A stretch of 64,000 bases of DNA from Parcubacteria group bacterium Gr01-1014_13 (GTDB lineage: Bacteria > Patescibacteriota > Patescibacteriia > Magasanikbacterales > GWA2-37-8). The stretch lies in assembly GCA_007376295.1 (NCBI GenBank), contig VMGB01000001.1:182643-246642 (forward strand). The letters run 5' to 3'. Position 1 is the stretch's first letter. Each line of letters begins with the position of its first letter. The translations under genes were made by a program, and so were the position numbers. Positions 19,970-27,608 of this stretch are shown in pieces. Under the pieces are notes generated by a model. The model ran no database searches. It worked only from the letters and a program-made list of their open reading frames with translations, and was not told the DNA's origin.

Positions 19970-20272
19970 TTAATTTGAGCTGTTTTCTGAGTATGAATCT
20001 TCGAGCCGAACTGCCTTTACGTGAATAGTATGGTACACAATCTTTCGAGGAAGTGAGGGCATAATTTTACGAATAATTTTATATGCATCCTTATCGATAA
20101 TCTTTGTTTCCATCACCGTACGAATTTTTGCCTGGTCTAATTGAGAAAGAGCTAAAATTTTCTCGTTTAAACCGTTGCCTTTAATAGTCGTTCTAAAATC
20201 AATACTTTCGATAAATCTACCCTTTTTATCAAATGTATCAACACCAACAAGCCATACCTTGACTTCGGACAT
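19970..20272 (-). CDS. Hypothetical 100-aa protein on the opposite strand, between atpD and atpC. Start MSEVKVW chosen because it has a strong SD (AAAGGAGATAAAATG).
   Basis: Open frame with an AAGGAG Shine-Dalgarno. No recognisable family. It occupies a 387-bp gap that is normally less than 30 bp in atp operons. Confidence 0.5.
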   Translation of the reverse strand: MSEVKVWLVGVDTFDKKGRFIESIDFRTTIKGNGLNEKILALSQLDQAKIRTVMETKIIDKDAYKIIRKIMPSLPRKIVYHTIHVKAVRLEDSYSENSSN

Positions 20273-20313
20273 TTTATCTCCTTTGGGTAAAAAATTAACA
20301 CAAATAAGCATAT

Positions 20314-20742
20314 ATGTCAACACTTAAATTTAAAATCGTAACACCGGAAAAAGTAATTTACGAAAACGAAATTCTTCAAGTTACCATTCCTACTATGAGC
20401 GGTGAAATTACGATTCTTCCCAATCATATTCCTTTGGTTTCAGTGTTAAAAGCGGGGGAGATGAGAATAAAAGATAAAGACGGTGAACAGAATCTGGCAG
20501 TTTCCGGAGGATTTTTGGAAATACGCGGCAACAACGAAATTGTAATTCTGGCTGATCATGCCGAAAGAGCAATAGATATCGACACTGCTAAGGCTGAAGA
20601 AGCCAAGCAGAGAGCCGAAGAACAAATGAAAAATCTTAAAAACGTTCAGGATGTTGATTATGCCAGACTTCAAGCTGTTATTGATAGGGAACTCAACAAA
20701 ATAAAAATTGCTCGAAAATATAAAAACTTACCAAATAAATAA
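20314..20742 (+). CDS. atpC: F0F1 ATP synthase subunit epsilon
   Basis: LKFKIVTPEKVIYENEILQVTIPTMSGEITILPNHIPLVSVLKAGEMRI, the epsilon beta-sandwich plus C-terminal helices. Confidence 0.85.
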   Translation: MSTLKFKIVTPEKVIYENEILQVTIPTMSGEITILPNHIPLVSVLKAGEMRIKDKDGEQNLAVSGGFLEIRGNNEIVILADHAERAIDIDTAKAEEAKQRAEEQMKNLKNVQDVDYARLQAVIDRELNKIKIARKYKNLPNK

Positions 20743-20747
20743 AAAAG

Positions 20748-20776
20748 ATGGAGACCGTTCAACGGTCTCCATTTAG
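20748..20776. terminator. Bidirectional terminator. Serves atpC on + with a weak T-run and the minus-strand small gene with a good T-run.
   Basis: 10-bp stem atggagaccg/cggtctccat with loop ttcaa. A-run upstream and T-rich sequence downstream. Confidence 0.55.
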
Positions 20777-20791
20777 TTAAAGAACAGAAAT

Positions 20792-21088
20792 TTATTCTGG
20801 TTTGCGCTTTGCTAGCTTAGCGGCTTTTTTCCAAACAGATTTTTTGGTACCGTGATCATTTTCAGCGTAATCACTAACATCGTTCTTAACCGGGAAAACA
20901 CCGGGCCTATAGAGAACCACAGTCCAATGCTTAGGTTTGTGTCCATACTCTTTACGCGGTTCAAACACGCGCACTGTTGATGGATGGCTTATAGAAAGCC
21001 AATGTTCGGGAAGTTTTGACCATCTATATTTTTGCACCCAGACGAAGTGGACACCGTCTACTACTTTGGGATTTCTTCTTGTGGCCAT
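20792..21088 (-). CDS. Small hypothetical protein, paralogue 1 (HWLSISHP...VRVFEP family, unassigned)
   Basis: Shares VHFVWV...HWLSISHP..VRVFEP...LY(K/R)PGVF with the adjacent gene. The track start is a TTG; internal ATG (MATRR) taken instead. Confidence 0.5.
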   Translation of the reverse strand: MATRRNPKVVDGVHFVWVQKYRWSKLPEHWLSISHPSTVRVFEPRKEYGHKPKHWTVVLYRPGVFPVKNDVSDYAENDHGTKKSVWKKAAKLAKRKPE

Positions 21089-21096
21089 AACACCGC

Positions 21097-21405
21097 TCAA
21101 CTCACCGGACGCTTTGCCCAGTTAACGGCCTCTCGCCAAGCAATTCTTTCAGTGCCTAGGTACATTTCCGCATCATACTTGTCGTCGCTGCTAGGCGGAA
21201 TGAATACCCCGGGTTTATAAAGGATCGTCATCCACTCACCATCTTCTTTCGTAAGCGGATGTGGTTCAAACACACGGACTACTTGCGGATGACTAATAGA
21301 AAGCCAGTGCCCCCGAAGATTTGATCCTTCATACTGATCCACCCATACAAAGTGCACATCCAAAACGATTTTGGGTTTTCTCTCGTTATCATTTTTGTTT
21401 TGCAT
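21097..21405 (-). CDS. Small hypothetical protein, paralogue 2
   Basis: About 45% identical over the core to paralogue 1. GGAGG Shine-Dalgarno 5 nt upstream of ATG (MQNKNDNE...). Confidence 0.5.
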   Translation of the reverse strand: MQNKNDNERKPKIVLDVHFVWVDQYEGSNLRGHWLSISHPQVVRVFEPHPLTKEDGEWMTILYKPGVFIPPSSDDKYDAEMYLGTERIAWREAVNWAKRPVS

Positions 21406-21554
21406 GATATCCTCCATTCCTCAAGGGAATTTGTTGAGCGTAGTTAATCACAAAACAACTATGTCAGTCAACTTGACATTTTAAAAAATATATATTGCCT
21501 TCAATTTTTGGTTTTGATATAATCTTTGTAGTATTTATCTTCTAACCTCTACGT

Positions 21555-21683
21555 ATGGAAAAATGCAATAAATGTAGTATACCTTTTGAAGACCAAGTTG
21601 ATTTTTGTTTATGTAACGAAAGCCTCTGCGCACCCTGTTGCGAGTGCGACGATACTTGCGGCTGTCAATGCGGTGAAAAATAG
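21555..21683 (+). CDS. Cysteine-rich 42-aa peptide (11 Cys), not in the ORF track: MEKCNKCSIPFEDQVDFCLCNESLCAPCCECDDTCGCQCGEK
   Basis: Intact ATG..TAG frame. Own promoter-like TTGCCT-N17-TATAAT (21495-21523) and own terminator (21716-21738). No obvious Shine-Dalgarno. Confidence 0.4.
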   Translation: MEKCNKCSIPFEDQVDFCLCNESLCAPCCECDDTCGCQCGEK

Positions 21684-21715
21684 TTGAAAAACAGATGGGC
21701 ATAGATTATACTACG

Positions 21716-21738
21716 AACAGCCAAATAGGCTGTTTTTC
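21716..21738 (+). terminator. Rho-independent terminator after the Cys-rich peptide
   Basis: Stem aacagcc/ggctgtt with loop aaata, followed by TTTT. Confidence 0.5.
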
Positions 21739-21786
21739 AGTCGTAATTTTGTAGAAAACAAGTTATTTTAAATTTTATTATATAAT

Positions 21787-22944
21787 ATGATTAAAAAAAT
21801 AAAAATTAAAAAATCACATAAAACTATTCAAAAAGATTTTGAATTAGATTTAGAAAAAACAACAGTTATTACTGGGAAAAATAACTCTGGGAAAACAAAC
21901 TTTATTCAAGCGGTAAATGCTAAAAAAGACGTGGAATTTACTAATGCAGAGTTCTTGGATGAAAAAGATAAATTAATAATTCCAATTACTATTTATATAG
22001 CTGCAGAAAATATAAACCCTTCTGATAATGAATCAAACTCTTCGGCTAAAAAAAGTAGTTTGATACAAAATTTAGCAGAATTATTTTCTAATTTAGGAAT
22101 TAAATTTATTCTTGAAGAACAACCTAAAATTATTCAGGAAATAAAAACTTTAATAGATAAGGCGGATGAAAATTTAAAGGAATTCAGCGGAAAAAATGAT
22201 CATGGTATTAAAATAAAATTTAATGAAGGAGAATTGGACCCCGCTACCATAGCACAAGCCTTAATTAAAAAAATTATTGGAGACGAAAACGGAGAGGAGG
22301 TAGATCTAGACGATTTAGGACAAGGCACTCAAAGAATAATTGTTGCTTCAATTTTGAAAGCGTATGTGGATATTTTGATCGAAAGAAACAAACATTCTCA
22401 AGAACCAATACTAATTCTTTTTGAAGAACCCGAAATTTATTTACACCCTGAATTGAAAAGGACTCTTAACATAACATTAAAAAAGATAGCTGAGCAAGAT
22501 AATCATCAGGTTATAATTACGACCCACGATCCATACTTTGCTTATACTAATTTAAATGGTGAAAATAGCGTTGTTTACTCTTTTTTAAAAACTGCAGAGT
22601 ACACAGAAAAAACAGAGCCAGGTATTATATTTGGAATTGAAGATGAATTACTTCATATTCATCTTTTTGAAAAAATGATACAAATATTAAAGAAAAGTGG
22701 GAAGGTTAAATCTTTTATATTAGACCCTGGTAAAGAATTAGACATCTATATAAAGGGTTATTGCGGAAAAGAATTAAGAGCAAATACATGGTATAAAGAA
22801 AAAAAAGGCATAGAAGATAAGCTTTCTCTACCTTTACATATCAGGCATTTAATCCACCATCCTGGAGGTAAAGATAAATTCACTGATATTGATTTAGAAA
22901 AATCAATAGAAATATTAAATTTAATTCTAAGCAAAGCATCTTAA
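21787..22944 (+). CDS. AAA/ABC-type ATPase of the OLD/AAA_15-AAA_21 family (385 aa)
   Basis: Walker A VITGKNNSGKTNFIQAV, ABC-like signature region DLGQGTQR, and Walker B/D-loop ILILFEEPEIYLHPELKRTL...VIITTHDP. The C-terminal 130 aa has no obvious match; it may be a degenerate Toprim-like region (GIEDE...LDPGKELD). Confidence 0.8.
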   Translation: MIKKIKIKKSHKTIQKDFELDLEKTTVITGKNNSGKTNFIQAVNAKKDVEFTNAEFLDEKDKLIIPITIYIAAENINPSDNESNSSAKKSSLIQNLAELFSNLGIKFILEEQPKIIQEIKTLIDKADENLKEFSGKNDHGIKIKFNEGELDPATIAQALIKKIIGDENGEEVDLDDLGQGTQRIIVASILKAYVDILIERNKHSQEPILILFEEPEIYLHPELKRTLNITLKKIAEQDNHQVIITTHDPYFAYTNLNGENSVVYSFLKTAEYTEKTEPGIIFGIEDELLHIHLFEKMIQILKKSGKVKSFILDPGKELDIYIKGYCGKELRANTWYKEKKGIEDKLSLPLHIRHLIHHPGGKDKFTDIDLEKSIEILNLILSKAS

Positions 22945-22970
22945 TGATGATCTAATTTTTTGTATTAAAT

Positions 22971-24476
22971 ATGGATTTTATTAGTAAAACAACTTATTTA
23001 GAGTATTTATCTTGCGGTAAAAATGCCTGGCTTAGATGTTATAAACCGGAATTAAAATCATTATTTAAATTATCTGATTTTGATAAAAGCCTAGTAGATA
23101 AAGGAAACTTAGTGGAAGATTGGGCGCGCAAACTTTTTCCAGACGGCGTTTTAATTACCGAATCAGACGAAGAAGCTTTACGAATTACCAAACAGCATAT
23201 CGCAGATAAAACACACGTTATTTTTCAATCAAAATTCATTCATGACAAATTTTTGGCAAAAAACGACGTGCTTGAGTATGATAAATTTAATGATTGTTGG
23301 AATTTATACGAAATTAAAGGCACTAATACTTTAGACGAAAATGTAAAAGAAATAGATCATATAGAAGATGCCACTTTTCAAACTATTATTCTAAAAGCCG
23401 TAGGAATTAAAGTTGGTAAAGTATTCATTATCCACCTAAACAAAGAATACGTCAGAGAAGAAGAAATAAACGTGGAGGAGCTTTTTATTAAGGATGACAT
23501 AACTGAGGAAGTTAAAAATAGGGAAGAAAATACAAAAGAAAAAATGCAAAAAGCAGCCGAATGTTTATTTCAACAAAATGAACAAGCTTTGGTCTGTCAA
23601 TGTGTCTATTCAGGCCGAAGCGCGCACTGTGCAACATTTAATTACTCCTATCCCAACATTCCAGAATACTCGGTTCATGATTTATCTAGAATAGGGAATA
23701 GTAAAAAAAAGTTAGAATCTTTGGTTGATTCACAAATTTTTGATATAAATGAAATTCCTGAAGATTTTGAATTAACACCCAATCAGCAAAATCAAGTTTA
23801 TGTACACAAAACTCAAAAACCAATAGTAGATTTAGTGGCTATAAAAAAAGAGCTTAAATCGCTTGCATATCCTCTGTATTTTTTGGATTATGAAACATAC
23901 CCGCCGGCCATACCTTTGTTTAAGGGTTTTAAGCCATACCAACAAATACCATTTCAATTTTCTTTACATATAATAGATGATGAAGATAGCGAACCGATCC
24001 ACTTGGAATATTTGCACGAAAATGCTACGGATCCATCTTTGTCTATTATACTCAAATTAAAAGAAATGATTGGTCCAAATGGCAATATAATTACCTGGAA
24101 TAAAAGATTTGAAAAAGGAATAAATACACAATTAGCTGAAAGAAACCCGGAATATGCAGATTTTATTGAAGATATAAATAGTAGAATTTATGATTTAATG
24201 GAAATATTCCAAAAACAATTTTATGTTCATCCTGGTTTTAAAGGAAAAGTTTCCATAAAAAAAGTTTTACCTATTTTAGTTCCTAAATTAAGCTATAAAG
24301 AACTAGAAATAAAAGAGGGCGGATCTGCTATGGAAGCATGGTACGAGATGGTATTTGGATCTGGCTCACAAGCAGATAAAAATAAAATAGCTGACGACCT
24401 GCGAAAATATTGCGGTTTAGATACTTATGCAATGTATGCAATTTGGAAAGAATTAATGAAAATTGTATGGCAATGA
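22971..24476 (+). CDS. Cas4/RecB-like PD-(D/E)xK Fe-S nuclease N-domain fused to a DUF2779 domain (predicted RNaseH-like exonuclease)
   Basis: N-terminal Cys-containing region (LSCGKNAWLRCY), D...EIK motif (NDVLEYD...YEIKG), Cys cluster CQCVYSGRSAHC, and DUF2779 core YFLDYETYPPAIPLFKGFKPYQQIPFQFSLH. Confidence 0.65.
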   Translation: MDFISKTTYLEYLSCGKNAWLRCYKPELKSLFKLSDFDKSLVDKGNLVEDWARKLFPDGVLITESDEEALRITKQHIADKTHVIFQSKFIHDKFLAKNDVLEYDKFNDCWNLYEIKGTNTLDENVKEIDHIEDATFQTIILKAVGIKVGKVFIIHLNKEYVREEEINVEELFIKDDITEEVKNREENTKEKMQKAAECLFQQNEQALVCQCVYSGRSAHCATFNYSYPNIPEYSVHDLSRIGNSKKKLESLVDSQIFDINEIPEDFELTPNQQNQVYVHKTQKPIVDLVAIKKELKSLAYPLYFLDYETYPPAIPLFKGFKPYQQIPFQFSLHIIDDEDSEPIHLEYLHENATDPSLSIILKLKEMIGPNGNIITWNKRFEKGINTQLAERNPEYADFIEDINSRIYDLMEIFQKQFYVHPGFKGKVSIKKVLPILVPKLSYKELEIKEGGSAMEAWYEMVFGSGSQADKNKIADDLRKYCGLDTYAMYAIWKELMKIVWQ

Positions 24477-24763
24477 AATCACTTGGAGAAATTTTAAAAA
24501 GACAAATGAAGCAAACGGCGGGTTGGAAGCATGTTGAGGCTTCTATAGTCGTAGAGAAAACAAATGAGGTTTTGCAAGAATTTTTTGGGGTGGAATCAAA
24601 GAGATTTGCCCAAGCTGTGTACTTCAAAGACCGAACAATTAGCATTACCTGCTTAAGTTCTGTGATGGCGCAGGAGATAAGGTTAAATGAAAAAAAACTA
24701 ATTCCGGCCATAAACAATAAGCTTGGTGGCCAGACCGTAGAAAAAATCAGGTACTTAGCCTAA
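24473..24763 (+). CDS. DUF721 (DciA-like) small protein, ATGA-overlapped with the upstream nuclease gene
   Basis: C-terminal pattern ISITCLSSVMAQEIRLNEKKLIPAINNKLGG..VEKIRY resembles the DUF721/DciA motif. Start overlaps the stop of the preceding gene. Confidence 0.5.
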   Translation: MKSLGEILKRQMKQTAGWKHVEASIVVEKTNEVLQEFFGVESKRFAQAVYFKDRTISITCLSSVMAQEIRLNEKKLIPAINNKLGGQTVEKIRYLA

Positions 24764-24813
24764 AAATAACTATTGCCAAACTCTCTAAACAGAGCTAAAA
24801 TTAAGTTACTATT

Positions 24814-25206
24814 ATGACTCTTCGCCAATACCTCGTTTTAATGTCTGTAGGAGCGGCCATCTGCTGGATGGCCTGGGTTTTTGTTTTAGGAAGCACAGAC
24901 CCCGCAGAAGCTGGATTTTTTGGTTTTCTATTTTTTTATTGCAGCCTATTTTTGGCTTTGGCCGGCACTTTTTCTGTTATCGGGTTTCTTATTAAAAAAA
25001 TTATTTTAAAAAATGATCAAATTGTTTTTCATCACGTAAAAAGTACTGTCAGACAAGGCATGTTGGTAGCCGTATTTATCATTGTGGGTTTAATTTTATT
25101 ACAAATTAAATTACTTACCTGGTGGAATGGAATTTTGTTAATTCTGCTATTTGCGGTAGTCGAAGGAATTATTTTCACAAATAGAAAGTACAACAATTAT
25201 GTTTGA
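24814..25206 (+). CDS. Hypothetical membrane protein (4 TM)
   Basis: 130 aa with four hydrophobic helices. Overlaps mreB start by 8 nt. Confidence 0.45.
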   Translation: MTLRQYLVLMSVGAAICWMAWVFVLGSTDPAEAGFFGFLFFYCSLFLALAGTFSVIGFLIKKIILKNDQIVFHHVKSTVRQGMLVAVFIIVGLILLQIKLLTWWNGILLILLFAVVEGIIFTNRKYNNYV

Positions 25207-26251
25207 AAATCTGTTGGGGAAATTAAGAAAGGACATCGGTATTGATTTAGGAACTGCCAACACCTTAGTGTACGTTAAAGGCAGAGGGATAATCATAAAC
25301 GAATCAAGTGTGGTGGCTGTAAATACCAAAACAGAACAAATTTTGGCTGTAGGCAATGAAGCCAAAGAAATGTTAGGTAAAACACCGCCGCACATTGTTA
25401 CCACCCGTCCGCTCATAAACGGTATTATTTCTGACTTTGAAGTAACCGAAAAAATGCTTAAATACTTTATTGATAAAGTATACGAAGATAGCATGAATTT
25501 TATGACCCGCCCAAGAGTGGTGGTGGGAGCGCCGCTGGAAATTACCGAAGTTGAATTAAAAGCCATCAATGACGCAGCGATTAACGCCGGCGCCAGAGAA
25601 GTGATTGTAGTTCAAGAACCGATGGCTGCCGCTATTGGCGCCCGAATGCCTATTCGAGAGCCAGTAGGAAATTTCATCGTAGAAATTGGCGGCGGTACGG
25701 CAGAAATTGCCGTTATTTCTTTGGGCGGTATAGTTACTTGGCGCTCTATTCCGGTTGCTGGAGATGAGTTAAATAGAAATATTATCCAATACGCCCGAGA
25801 TAAATTCAATTTATTACTGGGTGAAAAACAAGCTGAGGAAATAAAAATTAAAATCGGATCAGCTATAGAGTTAAAGGAGTCTATGCACTTTCCCATGCGC
25901 GGCCGCGATCTTGTTTCCGGTTTGCCAAAAGAAATAATGATCGATGATTCTCAGGTCAGAGAGGCAATTACCAAATCATTACGAACCATTATCGAAAATA
26001 TAAAAGGCACGCTAGAAATTACGCCACCCGAATTAGTGGCTGATATTCACGAGAGGGGAATCGTGCTTTCTGGTGGGGGTGCGTTACTGCGAGGATTTAA
26101 TCAGCTAATTAGCCGGGCCATAGAAATTCCAGTGCGTATTGCCGACGATCCACTAACTTCAGTAGTCAGAGGCACCGGTTTACTTCTAGATGATCTGGAA
26201 TTACTGAATGAAATATCTATCAAGACCGACCAGAATAAAAGATCTTCTTAA
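25199..26251 (+). CDS. mreB: Rod-shape-determining protein MreB
   Basis: IGIDLGTANTLVYVKGRGII at the N-terminus and an actin-fold sequence throughout. Confidence 0.9.
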   Translation: MFENLLGKLRKDIGIDLGTANTLVYVKGRGIIINESSVVAVNTKTEQILAVGNEAKEMLGKTPPHIVTTRPLINGIISDFEVTEKMLKYFIDKVYEDSMNFMTRPRVVVGAPLEITEVELKAINDAAINAGAREVIVVQEPMAAAIGARMPIREPVGNFIVEIGGGTAEIAVISLGGIVTWRSIPVAGDELNRNIIQYARDKFNLLLGEKQAEEIKIKIGSAIELKESMHFPMRGRDLVSGLPKEIMIDDSQVREAITKSLRTIIENIKGTLEITPPELVADIHERGIVLSGGGALLRGFNQLISRAIEIPVRIADDPLTSVVRGTGLLLDDLELLNEISIKTDQNKRSS

Positions 26252-26259
26252 GAAATACT

Positions 26260-27060
26260 ATGCTGCGTTTTAAAGCTAAAAATTACTTCTTTTTAGGGTT
26301 TATATTTTTGTTGCTGGTTTCTTTTCACTATTTGGGATGGCTAAATGGCCTGGAAAACGGCGTTCGCGCTTTATTTATTCCAATTTCCACAAAAATAAAT
26401 CGCTGGCGCTCGGCTTCGCAAGATTCTTACAACTATTTCTTCAACCAAAAAATGTTAGTGGATCAATACCATGCTTGTCTGGACAAAAGTCAAAATTCAC
26501 AAGTAGCCGAAGCTAAATTGATTGAGCTGGAAAGAGAAAACGCTGAAATTAGAAAGCAGCTTAATTTTTTTCATCGCCGTAATTTTACGAGTGTAGCCGC
26601 CGATATTGTCGGCCAAAGTTCGGACAGCGTGGAAAAAATGGTAATAATTGATGTTGGTGATGCCGCCGGAATAAAACTTGGTCAGCCGGTGATTTCTGGA
26701 GATGGTATCCTTGTGGGTATTATCGCTAAAGTTGAAAAAAATATTTCCATGGTACGTTTGATAAATGACAATCAAAGTAAAATTGCCGCTACTATTTTAA
26801 ATAAAAATAACAGTCTGGGGGTTGTTGAAGGCGGTTATGGACTAAGTGTACGAATGAACTTTATCCCTAGAAACGAAGATGTGCTTCTCGGTGATAAAAT
26901 TATTACCTCCGGTTTAGAAGAAACTATACCGCGCGGACTGTTCATCGGTGAAGTGGCAGTGGTTGAAAATGAAGCCTACCAACCGTTTCAACAAGCTGTT
27001 CTTACTACCGCCATTGATCTTTCGAAACTTACCATTGTCAGCGTTCTGATTTCTAACTAA
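26260..27060 (+). CDS. mreC: Rod-shape-determining protein MreC
   Basis: N-terminal TM helix, coiled coil (LIELERENAEIRKQL), and a beta-rich C-domain with ...VISGDGILVGIIAKV. Confidence 0.8.
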   Translation: MLRFKAKNYFFLGFIFLLLVSFHYLGWLNGLENGVRALFIPISTKINRWRSASQDSYNYFFNQKMLVDQYHACLDKSQNSQVAEAKLIELERENAEIRKQLNFFHRRNFTSVAADIVGQSSDSVEKMVIIDVGDAAGIKLGQPVISGDGILVGIIAKVEKNISMVRLINDNQSKIAATILNKNNSLGVVEGGYGLSVRMNFIPRNEDVLLGDKIITSGLEETIPRGLFIGEVAVVENEAYQPFQQAVLTTAIDLSKLTIVSVLISN

Positions 27061-27065
27061 TACCT

Positions 27066-27608
27066 ATGCGATTACTCTGGAGAGCGCTTTCGCTTATTCT
27101 AACCATCTGGCTAATTCTGATAGCTCATATTTTTGTTGTAAACTTTTTACCTTTTCCGTTTAACTCTATAAATATTACATTTTCTTTATTATTGCTATTT
27201 TTAACGGTTAGTCAAAATAAAAAAATTATCTGGCTTGGTCTGATTACCTCTTATTTTTTGGAGTTATTCAGCGGCTCACCGTTTGGCATAGGTATGGCTG
27301 CCACTATTATCAGCCTGTTAGTAATAAATTGGTTTCAGCTAAATATTTTAACCAACCGCTCCGGGTATATAGTTTTGTTATCACTTCTTTTGGGTATAGC
27401 TCTGTATAGAATTTTGTTTGTTGCTTTTTTGGTTGTTTCCCGGTATTTCTTTCATCAAGAGTCGTTATCCTACAAACAAGTTATTGTCGACGCGGGCTGG
27501 GAAGTCTTGCTTTCTTCCGTGCTTTTATTTTTATTGCAATTAATTGGTTCGAAATTTATAAAACGCTTCAACTCGACGCGTACAAAAACTGGAATAATTT
27601 ATGGCTGA
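27066..27608 (+). CDS. mreD: MreD-like membrane protein
   Basis: Polytopic 180-aa membrane protein at the canonical position between mreC and PBP2. Confidence 0.5.
   Translation: MRLLWRALSLILTIWLILIAHIFVVNFLPFPFNSINITFSLLLLFLTVSQNKKIIWLGLITSYFLELFSGSPFGIGMAATIISLLVINWFQLNILTNRSGYIVLLSLLLGIALYRILFVAFLVVSRYFFHQESLSYKQVIVDAGWEVLLSSVLLFLLQLIGSKFIKRFNSTRTKTGIIYG

Noticed and set aside
21555-21683. Cys-rich peptide as a SCIFF/ranthipeptide RiPP precursor
   Set aside because: No radical-SAM or other maturase gene is adjacent. Neighbours are an ATPase and nucleases. A RiPP assignment is not supported; the peptide is kept only as an unexplained element.
21787-22944. ATPase as RecF, given the downstream DUF721 which often sits after recF
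   Set aside because: Walker B/D-loop reads ILILFEEPEIYLHPE...ITTHDP (OLD/AAA_21 style), not the RecF LLLDDV.SELD. No dnaN/gyrB context is present.
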